Shown: piece by piece, positions 1 through 12,348 of the stretch
Layout: each line of letters starts with the position of its first letter
How positions within the stretch are numbered: position 1 is the stretch's first letter
Source: Epithemia pelagica
Taxonomy: Eukaryota > Protista > Bacillariophyta
Length of the DNA: 64,000 nt
Assembly (NCBI GenBank): GCA_946965045.2
Contig: OX337236.1
Span: 1,984,001 to 2,048,000, forward strand
Direction: 5' to 3'
Position numbers and translations under genes: made by a program
Notes under the pieces: generated by a model
Databases searched by the model: none
Told to the model about the DNA's origin: nothing
What the model saw: only the letters and a program-made list of their open reading frames with translations

Positions 1-767
1 GCAGTGGTTTGACAAGGAAACGCAGAAAGGGGCATCGCCATAGAGAAATTGATTGTTTTCTACATCCAGAGACACTGGAATCTCATCCATGGTAGACCAT
101 CTCGTTGTGCTGCTTGTAGTTATTTTCAGACGTGAAGTGTCTTCAGTTCCAATCAGTCGTGTGGAAATCGTCCCATCCATGTCGTGTTGATCCGTGTGTC
201 TCTCGTTCGTATCGTCGTGGACAGAACTGATTCCATACGGCACACCACTGTTTGATATTCGGAAGCACCATCCATGGGCAACGATGTGGCGTCCGATTCA
301 ATCACCCGGCTGTTTATGTTTACCAGAATCATCCTCCTCCTGTTTCGTCTTCTGTAGTCATTGTCGAGAGAAGTCGCATTCGTATCCTTGGGCGAGCTCA
401 CGGATTTGGGAATCTTCCACAATTTATGAAGCATGTCGAAGGCCCGGGGGTCATGTGGCTCGATTTGAGCTCGATTGTGAGGAAACCACTTGTTGTAGTA
501 GCCGTGCATGTTGTGGAGGCTCATACTTTCCTCCTCGTCTATTTTGCCGGCTCGATGCGAGGCTCCAAGGAAGGCAGCCGACAACTCGGCAACGCAGGTT
601 GGATGATGTATGACGTCTACTTTCTGATTTTATGTACTCGTCGAGACCGTCGAGGCATAAGTCTATTCTCGCGAGGCCTCATCAGCGTATAGCCAGTGCT
701 TAGGCTGTTCCTTGAGCTAAAAAAAAACCAATCCTGCTGCTTTCTCGCCAATTTACTTCTGCGTGGT

Positions 768-1832
768 TTATTTCGCTTCATTCGTTTCCCCTTCATCAGG
801 TTTGGCTCTCTTAGTCGACGTGCTCCCAGTTGCCTGGTCTACTTTGATTCTTTGGGCAGCTAAAATTCCTCCAAGTCGGCCAGCTGCTCTTTGGACTCCC
901 CTGGTCAAGTCGAACAAATCGTCAATCGTGTAAGTCGGTAGGCGAATGGCACCTTCCTCTTTGGTGCGGGAGTTCTCGGGATCAAGCCGCAAAAATATCC
1001 ATTCTCTGTAAGTGGTTGCCACTCCATAGAGAGGAAGGTCAACGCAAAATTGACGTTTTTGTCCTCGGCCTTCCGATGCGGCAGCCAACTGTGCCAAATT
1101 CTGGTGCAAGCCTTGAGTCGCGTTATCTTTCTTGCCTTCGGTTATGCAAATTCGGTGGTTGTGGTAGTGCGCCATCCAGTCAACCGGACCATACCCAACA
1201 GTTCCATGAATATTTTCTTCACATGCCATCTTAACTTCAGCGAGCGAGGCAGCTAAGACAAGGACAGATGAGATAAATTCTCGTCGCGTATATTCGCAGC
1301 CTCTCTCCAAAGGGTTGTATAGCTTATGTTTCAACTCGAGTTCTTTGACAGTGTGCAACAAAAGAGGATCATTGTCGGAGATTGAAAGCGCTGGAGGGAA
1401 CCGCGGATCGTCCAATTCAACATCCAAGATCTCTTTGACCCCTGCGTACTCGAGTGCTTGATGTTCATTGAATTCGGAGAAGCCGATCTGCTTTGTCTTA
1501 ATGAAAAACGTTCTCGGATATTTGGCATGCTGCAAGTAGTTGTCGGATACTTCGTGTGTATACTTATCGTTGGAAAAGATTGAGAAATCGTTCTCTATAA
1601 GCCGATTCCACTTGACGGTCGCTTCATTTCTCAGAGCATCGACAGTCAACGCAGGCAAAGAGAAGTCCGGGATTTCAAGGGAACCATACCTGCTGTATTT
1701 TAACGTCACCGAAACGAAGGACGGCGACGCAGCAGCGCTAAGCAATGTCTTACACTCGTCTGCACTCAAAGTAATAGATGATGAGGACGCACTTTGAAGC
1801 TTGGTCGCTAGCTCAAGGGGTAAAGCCGTCAT
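768..1832 (-). CDS. Crinkler(CR)-like protein with C-terminal PD-(D/E)xK restriction-endonuclease-fold domain
   Basis: Intronless 354-aa ORF. Motifs GPVDW...ICITEGKK...QNLAQL...YGVATTYREWIFL match the CR-REase pattern (G.VDY...EAKK...AQ...YG..TT...W.F). Basic NLS-like tail STKRAKP. Confidence 0.55.
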   Translation of the reverse strand: MTALPLELATKLQSASSSSITLSADECKTLLSAAASPSFVSVTLKYSRYGSLEIPDFSLPALTVDALRNEATVKWNRLIENDFSIFSNDKYTHEVSDNYLQHAKYPRTFFIKTKQIGFSEFNEHQALEYAGVKEILDVELDDPRFPPALSISDNDPLLLHTVKELELKHKLYNPLERGCEYTRREFISSVLVLAASLAEVKMACEENIHGTVGYGPVDWMAHYHNHRICITEGKKDNATQGLHQNLAQLAAASEGRGQKRQFCVDLPLYGVATTYREWIFLRLDPENSRTKEEGAIRLPTYTIDDLFDLTRGVQRAAGRLGGILAAQRIKVDQATGSTSTKRAKPDEGETNEAK

Positions 1833-2208
1833 AATACAATGACTGTTAGACGTTGGACATGATTGGGTCGTTTCATGCGCTGTCGCAGCAGCAGATGAGA
1901 TGAGATGAATTGAGATTTTGTTGTCGGAACCTACGGTCGACGCACAGACTAAATTTTTCGCAGACAGTTTCCCTCCGGGACGGGACGGGCGCCAACCGTT
2001 TGGTCTTGGTCAGTGGAAGGTTTGCGGGAATACAGTTTCTCCGAGACCCATAGCGTTCTTCTGCGGGATTCAAGGCGAGGTTTGGGTCTAGCGAGAGATC
2101 TACCCACTATCCACCATTATGTAGAGATAGCTACTATTCGCATCTTTTTCATACGGATAGGCAATCATTAGAAAATGAGTAGACTACCGTAATTTTCGGA
2201 TTCCTTTA

Positions 2209-2695
2209 GGCCAATCCTTTAGCTCAACAAAACCAATCCGTGCGGGGCCGGGCCGGATTTGGTTTTGGAAATTGTGCCTAACGCCACGCCGTCCTTACGC
2301 ATTCGCAAAACAAATCCAAAAGACCGCGCCTTTTCGAATCCTGTCCCCCATCCTCCCCCACCCTTCACTTAGAAAAATTGAATACTAAAACTTTTGGGTA
2401 CTAAGGAAGCGCAAGGATACCGTTGAAGTCGAACGCCCGTCCATCATGTGTCACGCCCGCCCACCATGTCGAACGCCCGCCTGACATATTCGAAACTGTA
2501 GGCAGCCTCTACACTAGCATTAGTAAAACACTATCCCTAATGCATTTCGTGGATTTGTTCGAACAAATCCAGAGTTCTGGATTGGTTGGAACAAATCCGG
2601 AAATGCTCTTTTACCCGGATATATGACGTCAACGTGACGCAAATTGCTGACGTGCACGAAATTTTGATTTGGTTTTGCGAGCTAAAGGATTGGCC
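2209..2695. mobile_element. Tourist/PIF-Harbinger-like MITE (487 bp)
   Basis: TIR GGCCAATCCTTTAGCTC (17 bp perfect, ~30 bp imperfect) at 2209 and its reverse complement ending 2695. TTA on both flanks (2206-2208, 2696-2698). No coding capacity. Confidence 0.8.
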
Positions 2696-3126
2696 TTACC
2701 CCCGGAATGTGCATGGATCAGACAGGACCAAGAGAATTTTTACTATTTTTTTTAAGATTCCATATGCAAGGTACAATTAACTTCATAGTAATAGTCAACT
2801 TCAACAGCGGAGTAGTAGAGAAGAGTTGGTCGCACTATTCCAGTTAGGGGAAAGACCGTGCTTCAACGCGTAGCCTTAACCCTAAGCATAATACCCATCA
2901 TGCTGTATCTCTTGTTTCTCCTCTTTGATTCACTCCCATGGAATGTCAGGCAGTGTGATAGAAAGCTCGGAACGTGAGGAATGTGGGGGTAACCCTATCA
3001 CCAGGAAAGAGCCTGCAGATAAAAAGTTATGGGGACATGTACATCGGAGGGGGTGGGGGGTACGGGAATGCGAGGGGTACAAAACACCGAAAATTACGGT
3101 AGGGAAGAGTAGAGTTGCTCTCATCA

Positions 3127-4989
3127 TTATTTCGAGTTTGAGTGTTGTTCCCTGGTTTGCACAAAGCCATCCAGTGACGTTTGTTGGGTGCGCTTCCTCT
3201 TGAGAGGCTTCTTGTTGTTCGGTGACGTCGTATTCGTGTGCCGTGTTTGGTCCTTGGTCGGTGGCGATGAGGACAAGAGATGATTCAATGCAGTTTCCAA
3301 CAAAGGGGTATCCGATGCTGGTACGTGTGAATCCATGGCCCACTGCAATGCCCGCTGGACGTCTCGTCTAACAAAACCCATGCTGACAAGAGTCTCCTCC
3401 GTCTCACAATAACTAGAATTACCACCACAGTCTCTACCGTTTCCCTTGGGTAGGTCCATCGACGTGGTGCCGTGAACGGCATGCAACGGCTCGATGGCCT
3501 CTGTAGGCGAGGCTTCCTTCAATGTCTGGACTGGGCAACTACCAAAGCGACCAGATTCAGGATTCCTTGCTGATTTCCTCGTGGACTGGGATGAAAGGCT
3601 TTGCAAAAAATGTTGTTTGGCTCTATTTCGATCAATTGCAAAGAGATTCAGAATTTGCCTCTTTTCGGCTTCACCCTTGTAGACAGTGGGAACAATTTGG
3701 CGTGGCTTCCAATGCTCTTCGACCAACGTTTTCAATTCGGTCAAACTCGAATGTTCGGAATATGGCAGCAAACGAATTTCCACACCAATGGTGGACGTTG
3801 TCGTAGAATGGGGGAATTTGGTCTTGGCACATGTGTGAATGAGATTGTTGCGATTCCAATTGTTCGCCGCTGCCCAACCAGTCGGACAAAATACAACCAC
3901 TCGATCAAAAAAGCATTCCTTATTGTCACCACCGGGTCCATGTTCTAGAGCATATTGGGCACACGCTTGATAGTTTGGCTGGAAGAATGGCCATACATTG
4001 CCGGCCATGTGCATGGGAACCACATGAAGGTTGGTTTCCTCATAGTTACTTGTACAGTAACGACTGTACAATTGTTGCCAGTCATCCTCTTGCTCTGTGG
4101 TTGGATTGCCCTCCACATTGTTTGTCTGATTTTGGCAACACACGTTTAACATACGAAGCTTGCGGGCGTTGGCATACAGTTTTCGATTGGACCTTTGTGC
4201 TACCCTCCACAGGATCTTTTCCTTGCCAATGTTGTAACAACACAAAAGAATCAAAGTTTTACATCCATGAAAATTTTGAAGAGTCCCGTCTTTTGAAGTG
4301 TCTTGGTCATTTTGGGACGTGACATCTTCTTCGAGCACCTGTTGAACCTGATGCGCGGCATCTTCCACTGCTTCGGCCTGCGATGGAAAGGAATGTTTGC
4401 GAGTTGCCAGGGCATAGGTGGTATCCAGCCACACGGTATCTAGTCTGCGTTCTGTCGCTGCATATTTGAGGAGAGGATAATGCAACATGTTTTCATGAAA
4501 CCTCATGTCTCCCGTATGCAAATGAACCAGGCCCCGCCCTCCGTTTGCTTCGTCGGACGAAGGCAGTTCCATCAATATCAAGGCTGCACCAGGACAATGG
4601 TGGGCATTGTAGAAAGTGACTTGACATGTCTGGGTTGGATTGGACGAATCCAGGTCTAGGTTGCCGTCACTGATCTCATTGTCCTTTCGGTTGCGGTAGT
4701 TGCGAAGAAAGTTTTTGTTGCAATATTCCCATGTGTCACCATACTCATGTTCCACCACATAGTCGGATGATATCTCATGGATTTCTCGCAAAAGCTGCGC
4801 CGTAATCGGTGTACAATGAATCAGAGCAGGTCCGGCATACTGACGAGGTAGACTTCCATAGTGATCGCCATGGTAGTGGGACAGAATCAAACAAGCCTCG
4901 GGTTGCTGCCAAAACTTGCTACTCCGAAATGCATCAACATAAAGACCTGGATAATCTGATATTTCGTGGCATGATCGGACAGGATTCAT
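3127..4989 (-). CDS. SNM1: DNA cross-link repair nuclease SNM1/PSO2 family (metallo-beta-lactamase + beta-CASP), C-terminal UBA-like segment
   Basis: LSHYHGDHYG, AHHCPGA, LHTGDMRF, LDTTY, YSEHSS and PTV motifs; ETLVSMGF..DVQRAL is UBA-like. Confidence 0.9.
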   Translation of the reverse strand: MNPVRSCHEISDYPGLYVDAFRSSKFWQQPEACLILSHYHGDHYGSLPRQYAGPALIHCTPITAQLLREIHEISSDYVVEHEYGDTWEYCNKNFLRNYRNRKDNEISDGNLDLDSSNPTQTCQVTFYNAHHCPGAALILMELPSSDEANGGRGLVHLHTGDMRFHENMLHYPLLKYAATERRLDTVWLDTTYALATRKHSFPSQAEAVEDAAHQVQQVLEEDVTSQNDQDTSKDGTLQNFHGCKTLILLCCYNIGKEKILWRVAQRSNRKLYANARKLRMLNVCCQNQTNNVEGNPTTEQEDDWQQLYSRYCTSNYEETNLHVVPMHMAGNVWPFFQPNYQACAQYALEHGPGGDNKECFFDRVVVFCPTGWAAANNWNRNNLIHTCAKTKFPHSTTTSTIGVEIRLLPYSEHSSLTELKTLVEEHWKPRQIVPTVYKGEAEKRQILNLFAIDRNRAKQHFLQSLSSQSTRKSARNPESGRFGSCPVQTLKEASPTEAIEPLHAVHGTTSMDLPKGNGRDCGGNSSYCETEETLVSMGFVRRDVQRALQWAMDSHVPASDTPLLETALNHLLSSSPPTKDQTRHTNTTSPNNKKPLKRKRTQQTSLDGFVQTREQHSNSK

Positions 4990-5385
4990 GTAAAATGGAT
5001 ATCAGTTCGAGACTGCAACAGGGAGTGGTTCTTTGTTCATAGGCGAAAGAAGAGGGAGAACGTTGCGTCGTGATGACTCGACGGCGCCATTGCGGAAAAT
5101 TGCTTCCACCCCCGCATACATGAGAAGATGAGCGATCGCAATCGCTTACCGGTCGCTTTTATGCCATGTGAGAAAGTTGGTTCACGGATCTGTTGTCTGT
5201 TGATCCAACTATCCAAAGTCGTTTCAATCAGGAACGCTGCTGTCACTAAACAGTCTCGTTCGTTTGATCGTAGGAATATGAGCAAAAAGTGTCATTCTAT
5301 TGTAGCTATGAGTCCTGCGAAACACATTGTGTCAGCGGAGATAACTGTGAAGCCAATAGGTATTGCCTCTCATGTCTAGATCCAG

Positions 5386-8316
5386 TTATAAACTCAATTT
5401 GGGTGTCGTAAATGGCTGACCCACCAAGCTCACAACACCTGGCATTCTCCGAGATCCGCTCGGAGTTGTGGCCAAGCTTCCGCTGGCACCAACCTTGCTT
5501 CGTTGAAGGATGAGTGCATCTAACTCTGTGATACGAGCCGCGAATCCATCCACATACTCCTCCAAAATCTTGCGATCGTTCCCCGCAAGGTTGGACTCCA
5601 TCAATAGGGTTTCTGCTAAAAGACCCGCAGCCCGATAGGAGGATCTGGACGCTTCTAACTGACCGAGCAACTGTTTGACAGCTCCTTCTCGGCCTTGAGA
5701 CAGAGCGCTGTTGTAGACGAGTTCCTCCACGGTAGCACTGCGTGGGGGTTCTGTCTTTTCATTTTCTGTCTGAGAGTTTGGAATCTTACTTATCTCATTG
5801 TTTGAGGCCTCCGCCCGTTCGAGCACACCTTTGTACTGTTCGCCAAGCCACTTCAACGTCACCTGACATCGTTTCACAAGCTTTTGCAGCACTGGAACTT
5901 TCTCGGGTGCAATTCGGTTTGTGCTGAGATTTTGTAATTCTCGTTCAACTCCTTGTGCGCCATGCACTGCACCTTTCAGCATCTTCAACGCTTTTATATA
6001 GCATGAAAGAGCCTCCCCAAAGTGATTCCGAATCAAAGATGGGGTAGGTTTCACTGTCGGTCGCAGGCTCGTGATACTAATACTTTTGCTGAATGAGGAG
6101 CTTGCTCGAGACGGCATTCCGGCAGACAGAATCGGAGGTGATTGACAACCTGAGCCTATAGCAAACGGCATTTCATCGTTGTCTTCGTCATCCCCATCCT
6201 TGATATCAGCCATCGATTTATCCGTTACCGTTGACGACCGTCTCCCACGAACGATTTCCGTAGAACTGGAGTCGTCTGTGACGGCGCCACTATCTGCTTC
6301 TTCCTCAATGCCTTCCATTCCAGCACCCGAGATTACTGAGGAAGAACCGTCGTTCATCGTCAACATCTTCATCGCAATGTATGCTCGGTTGTCACCTAGG
6401 TGGGCCACACTAATTGCACGACGTCCCACGTCCTCCGATGCCGCGACCATTTTGGTGATATTGCCAATATGAGAATCCCAATTCATCCCAGGAGCCGCGC
6501 TGTCATAAAGGAGGCGAGTACGGCCTGTGAGCATCCCCATCAAGGCACCGCCTGTGCCTGGACTCGTGCTCAACATTCCCTTTTGTTTCATTACCATATA
6601 GTCTGGCATGACCTGGCTTGTGTTTGGTATGGTGTAAACAGAAGCAGGAGGGGAAGTTTCCCGCTGATGCCGAAGTGGCCCGTTGTTGTCAACAGAAGGT
6701 AAACCACCCGACGTTGCAGGGGAAAGCTGGTATGAACCATGCCCTACCATGACAAAACTGTTGTCATTCGTGGATGAAGAGCTTTTCTGTAAAACCCCAC
6801 TAGGGTTTGCTTGTCGAGGAACGGGTGCGATTTCGGATAAGGGAGGCGTGGATCGTAGATTTGTAGATAGCGGTGCATGAAGCATTTCTACTGGTGAAGG
6901 AGAAACAATTCCCAGAGCCGGTGGACTAGGTACCAGTGGGGCCAAGACAGGTTTGAATGCCTTGGCGGCAACTGACGACACCGGTGAAACGGGGATATTT
7001 CGGGCGTGAGGCAACGAGTACGGTGAACTCACTGGATCACTCACGTGAGCGGTCACCGCCGATAGCGGGGAGGTCTGTGGCACATTGGGTTGTGAAGAAT
7101 GTTGCTGCACGTTTGGTCGCTGTAAGTGAATTAGTTGTTGCTGTTGTTGTTGTGGAGAAGAATGAGGAACGTTCGTGGCCACGGTGAGCATACTATCCGC
7201 AGAAGATACGTTTCTCTCCTGAATTGTCCCGAGACTTGTTCGATGGATCGATGTTTCCTCTCCAAGCTGGGGTCCCTGGCAACCAAGAGCTACCAAGGCA
7301 TTACAGGCTTCGAAGAATTCGGCAAATCCTGCCCGGGTCATAGGGTTTCGGTTCAGTAAAAGGCGTAAAAGGTTCACGCACTCTTTGCTAACCTTGACAC
7401 TAGCTGGAAGCCTCACAGCTTTTCGCTGAATGTTCCGCAGGAGATCAATGTGATTCTCACCGTTGAATGGAGGTTTTCCTGCAATCATCTCAAACAATAC
7501 GGTTCCTACGCTCCACAAGTCCGCCTTGGCATCATATCTGTGTGTTTGCAACAAAATCTGTTAGGGAGCCTTACCCACGACCGATGAACTGCGAACATCA
7601 ACTTACCTATGATGCTGAAGAATCTCTGGTGCCATATACAGGGGAGATCCGCACAGTGTCTCTGCCAATGAAGCAGATTGAAGGTGTCGGGCAAAACCAA
7701 AATCCGCAATCTTAAGCGCAAATTGATCCGAAGGAAAGTCGCGCTGTTTTCTCTTGAGTTCCAGATCTGCTGTCTTCTCAGGATCATTTACTTCATCCAG
7801 TGGCAGTGCGCCTGTTAGCAGTAGGTTTTGTGGCTTGATATCTCTATGAATCAGTTCCTGTCCCCATAGAAATTTCAGACCTGCAGCCAAATCACGCATC
7901 AAGCGTCGTGTCAAGCCCTCGGTCAGTCGTCCGGCCTTTCTGGACCGAATCAAACCTTGTACATCACCACCTCCGCAGTATTCTAGTATCAGATAAAAGT
8001 GTCGTTCTGTTTTTTGTACTTCGTGCAGGCAAACAATGTTCCGGTGACGGTAAGTTCTCAGAATCGCAATTTCGATTTCAAGGTTTTGCAAAACTTTCTT
8101 GGTAAGCTTCTCCGACGTTCGAGCAATGGCTTTGATCGCTACCTTGTCTGCCAGGTGCGGCCAATTTGCTGCTCGAACGCCTTTATATACAACTGCAAAT
8201 GAACCAGAACCGAGTTTTTCCTGAAGGAGATAACCGGCCACAATCTTGCCACTGTTCTGCGAGGTTGATGGAGCCGTGTCGGTAACCTGGACGAACGATG
8301 AAGTGGGCCCGCTCAT
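5386..8316 (-). CDS. ATG1: Serine/threonine kinase ATG1/ULK, 2 exons (8316-7607, 7537-5386), 953 aa
   Basis: LGSGSFAVVY, VAIK, HRDIKPQNLL, IADFGFARHL, TLCGSPLYMAPE. A 69-bp GTAAGT...CAG intron (7606-7538) joins to RYDAKADLWSVG in frame. C-terminal helical MIT-like region. Confidence 0.92.
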
Positions 8317-9539
8317 CTTATCTCTCTTTTGTTGATTCTGACTGGTCTTTGAAGTTCATAAGTTGGTGGAGACGGGTCTCGTGTTTGACTGAGCGGGGAG
8401 CTGATTGCTGATCCCCTCTCTCTTTTCGCTTCTTTCGCTAGATGTTTGGGTTCCTCGTGGTGGCACTCGTGAACGCCCACAGAGACCAGGGAAAACGAAA
8501 CCCGCGCAAACCCCCAACGACACCGACACCGACACGCACACGTCCAGCGCCCAGCGTGGAGAATCGCACGCGACAGAAATTCTGTGAATACGATTAGGGT
8601 TACGTTCCCCAAAAAAATTCTGAACAAGAAAATGGATCTTGTTGACCGAAAATTACGAAGGAAGAATGTCGCCTCTCCTGCTGCGTCCGCTCCAAAAGAT
8701 GGCTCTACGATGATGTCTCTTACAATCCTTTTTTATGATTGGGTCCTAATGATTAGGAGAGCTGTTTTCACTGAGGACCCAGGATCATGGGCAAGAATTT
8801 TTTCATGCCGTCCGAAGATACCACCAGCGATCCACGATGTCAACAATGGTTCAACTCCCGTCGCCGTCCCTTCTCATTTTTCGCGCGCCCGCAACTCTAT
8901 TCAACTACTTAAAACATTGAGCGCGCCGACCATTCTCATTATCGCGTGAGCGAGCTATCCGGATGGTACAGAATAATGAAAGAATACGAACGCATGCGCG
9001 CGAATTTCTCATCTCCCCCAATTCTTCCTGCCACCAGCTGTCTCCTCCAACGTTGAAATCGGAAGCAGCAAAGCACGGAAGTTGGTGGGTTGATGTCATC
9101 GTTTGTGGTTGACGTACGTAGTAAAAGTCGATTGATAAAAGCAAAGTGAAAAGGGAAGTCGTCTCCCAATTCCCAATCTAGGTAGGTACAATCAATTCAA
9201 TCGAAGATCCGAACCTCTTGGTGGCAGGACGCAAAGGAAACCTCCGAGCTTCTCAGCGGAATTTGCGATGGCGTTTGTTTTCTTTTTGTTTCTACTCTTG
9301 GATGACGTGATAAAGTGTCAAATCTCATGGAGAGAATTCGTTCGGTTATATTCTTTGAAAAACTCAAATCTTTCGTAAAGAGATGAATAGCTCAATACGG
9401 CAGTCATCTACTTACTCCAGTCATCGATGAAATGCGGCCAACATCTTTCCGCCTATTGTGATCCACCAACGCCAATGAGTTTAGGATCGCCTTTGTTTTT
9501 GTGTATTCTAAGCGTTCGAAACAAGGTATCTTAAGAGTT

Positions 9540-11210
9540 TTAGGGAAATCTTTGTATCGCCATGGTGACGCCATATTCTTCGTATTCTGTCCGTCCTAGC
9601 CACAATTGTTGGAAGGAGCCCAAGCTGGTTAGAATGCTCCCACCGATCCATGAAGCGCACGATCGTTCCACGGCATGTCGGCTCGCCAGGACCTTGGTTT
9701 TAAATGTGACGTTTTGGGAGACTTCGTACGACAAGCGTTCCTCCAGACCAGCAAACAGGGATGATCCCCCAGTCAAGAGAATGCTGGCGGCCAAATCTTT
9801 GCGAGCATCGACGTCCCCTACGGCGGACAGTGACGAATGAATGAGTTGATGTAGCGGCAAATCGGACAAAGAAAAGTGCTGATTGAGAATGGACGTGTAT
9901 GGATCAGCCTTTTCATACTCTAGAAACGGCATTTGATCGGCAAAAAGTAATTCGGGCACACGACGAATATCTTTGCCAATCTTTGTGGTCAAGTCAATGA
10001 GAGTTCCATCTGGTAATTCAAAGACTGCCGATTCTCCGCCAGGTGGAGAAGTGTCTGGTTGTGCTTCTTGCTGTTGTTCCTCGTCGCCCTCGTCGCCCTC
10101 CTCGTCCTTTTCTTCATTGTCGTCATCTGTTTTCATTGGATGGTCGCCACCATCGGATGAGGCAAACAATGGAGTGCGGCTGGATTGCCAGTCAGGAAGA
10201 GCAACTTCTTTACTAGAACGTAATTCAAACATGAGATCTTGCATGGCCCAACGATGAAAAATTCCTCGAGTTTGTGTCACTGCCGCCGTACGGCTAGTTT
10301 GTTGATACCTTGGCCGTAACAGTGTTTTATTGTCCAGCAAAGCTTTCCATTGTACGTTTCCCATCCAGTCCCCACCACGTCCATTCCGTCGTTGCGATTG
10401 TTTGAGCAAAAAACCATCTACGACGGGCGTCACACGACATCCACCTGCTCCCAAATCAACCACCAAGGCTGTTTGACGTCCATGCGAAAAGGCTGCCAGC
10501 ATGGGTGCCGGAGCGATAAACATTGCGGGGCAATCCAATTTCTCCACAAGGAGTTCGGTCATTTGCATGAGCTGTTTTCGATGGGCAGCGGCCTGCGCAT
10601 CATGCGATAGTCCGACTAAATGTGTAAATCCTGGAGCAACCGCCAACAATGGATGGACACAAGCATGATCGGGAACTCCCGGTCGCATCATGGTACTGGA
10701 CACACCTGATCCAGTTGCTTTGGTTTTGGTATCGGCACTCTTGTTGTCATCACTGGACGTTGCTACGGTCAAGGACCCACCACCCACGGTATGCTTGAAT
10801 CGATCGCGAACATGCAGAGTGTCAAAAGCACATTGCCACAATTGCTCATAGGCATCCCAATCCACAATATCTTGTCCCTGTTGTAGATAATTGGCCGGAT
10901 GGATAATCGGATGCTCGGCTAGCGATAATGAATCCGATCTCGATGTACTTGTTTGCGTCATGGGTGGCATAGAGGACGGGCTTTGTGCGGCACCCCGCAT
11001 GGGTGTTTGGCATGCACCGGAAGCGAGAGAATGGTTGTAACATGATGTTTGGACGTGGAGTCGGGTTGGTTTCGTCGTGGCTGTCGTCGTGGAACAACCG
11101 ACATAGGATGGGACCACATATTTCGGACTGTCGTCTCCTCCGTACCCAAAACGACTGGTATGAGATCCCACATCACCAATAAAGGATCCAGTTTCGTCAC
11201 CACAATACAT
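9540..11210 (-). CDS. ARP4: Actin-related protein 4 (nuclear ARP)
   Basis: MYCGDE...DVGSHTSRFGYGGDDSPK, VVDLGAG...VTPVVDG, ELPDG, TGGSSLF, SWIGGSILTSLGSFQQLW. Confidence 0.88.
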   Translation of the reverse strand: MYCGDETGSFIGDVGSHTSRFGYGGDDSPKYVVPSYVGCSTTTATTKPTRLHVQTSCYNHSLASGACQTPMRGAAQSPSSMPPMTQTSTSRSDSLSLAEHPIIHPANYLQQGQDIVDWDAYEQLWQCAFDTLHVRDRFKHTVGGGSLTVATSSDDNKSADTKTKATGSGVSSTMMRPGVPDHACVHPLLAVAPGFTHLVGLSHDAQAAAHRKQLMQMTELLVEKLDCPAMFIAPAPMLAAFSHGRQTALVVDLGAGGCRVTPVVDGFLLKQSQRRNGRGGDWMGNVQWKALLDNKTLLRPRYQQTSRTAAVTQTRGIFHRWAMQDLMFELRSSKEVALPDWQSSRTPLFASSDGGDHPMKTDDDNEEKDEEGDEGDEEQQQEAQPDTSPPGGESAVFELPDGTLIDLTTKIGKDIRRVPELLFADQMPFLEYEKADPYTSILNQHFSLSDLPLHQLIHSSLSAVGDVDARKDLAASILLTGGSSLFAGLEERLSYEVSQNVTFKTKVLASRHAVERSCASWIGGSILTSLGSFQQLWLGRTEYEEYGVTMAIQRFP

Positions 11211-11732
11211 TGCTCACCCTGCCTTTTCGTCGACTCTTTCGGATCTTCTTTGAACCCAACAACAAAAAATAATGTGGAGCGCCATTCCCGAAGTTAAAAG
11301 GCGACCCAAAGAATACCAATGAGCGACTGGGTGATAAAACGGCTGACGTTGTCGACGATGGCGCGACGATGACACAGAGCCGGTGACTTGTTCCCACCGT
11401 GATCCAAACAGCTATGGCAAATGACATGGTAATGTAAATCAACTTGTGAACGCATGGGAACAAGATGCAGCTACGTTCGGCAAGGATCATTATAGGTTAA
11501 CGGCGGAGCGAATTCGATAGGTTGTGTGGTGTAGGCGTGTTTGCTAGAACCAGAAAGATTCAAGCAATACTAGTGCACGGGTGCACTGTCTAGAGGATGA
11601 GTGTGAAGTGTCATGGACTAGAAAAGAGGTCCATGTCTGGGCGTTGAGTGGCTTGATTTCCAGCTTTCCACGGTTTAATCTCTTTCTTTCCTCGTTGTCG
11701 TCGCGATTGATGCAAGTAGAGGTTGCATCTAC

Positions 11733-12217
11733 CTAGAAGAAAATTCCTCCACCGCCAAGGATCACGAGTACACCAACACCAAGAATAATATAGAGAAGGA
11801 CATTTGTCTGTTTTTCATCCGCATTCAAGCCCGTAGATGCCTCTCGCATCAAACGATCCCGCATCGAGTCCGAGATGCCTGCTTGGGGAGCTGGTTCCAC
11901 CTGTTCAACGAACAATCAGAAGAATTAGTCAAATCTTTGACTAACGATACCACCCCTCGTCTCATCATACGTACTTCATCATCGTAGTATGTTCCGTCCG
12001 CGTTTACGACTGCCTTGTCAGCACTCTCTTCTGAACTAGTCTCGCTGCTCTCGCTTTCCGCTGACATGCGAAACACAAAGGAAGAAGGACGACGATTCAC
12101 TATTCCAACATTTGGCGCTCGTCCGAAGCTGATTCCAACGGAGGGAGAAAATGCCGTGGTAGAGGCAACGGCAAAGAGGAGAAGCGCAATGACAGAAATA
12201 ACAGTTCTCGGCATCAT
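11733..12217 (-). CDS. Small plastid-targeted protein with C-terminal TM helix, 2 exons (12217-11975, 11900-11733)
   Basis: Signal peptide followed by TAFSP. A 74-bp GTACGT...CAG intron joins the two track ORFs in frame. Confidence 0.75.
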
Positions 12218-12348
12218 AGTGTTGACCTCGAAGTATGTAGGAGTAATTGAGATTATGGAAAGAGGTCGCTGACTGTGATCAGAATGAAAAAAGTCAAACT
12301 ATGACACGGTCGAAGATTGATTGCAACGAAGTACAAAATTGCTGCTAG

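Noticed and set aside
1-692. Overlapping ORFs 153..584, 194..613 and 252..692
   Set aside because: No recognisable motif, mutually overlapping frames, and truncated context at the window edge.
8313-9500. Short ORFs between ATG1 and ARP4
   Set aside because: No domain signal; consistent with promoter/UTR and intergenic sequence.
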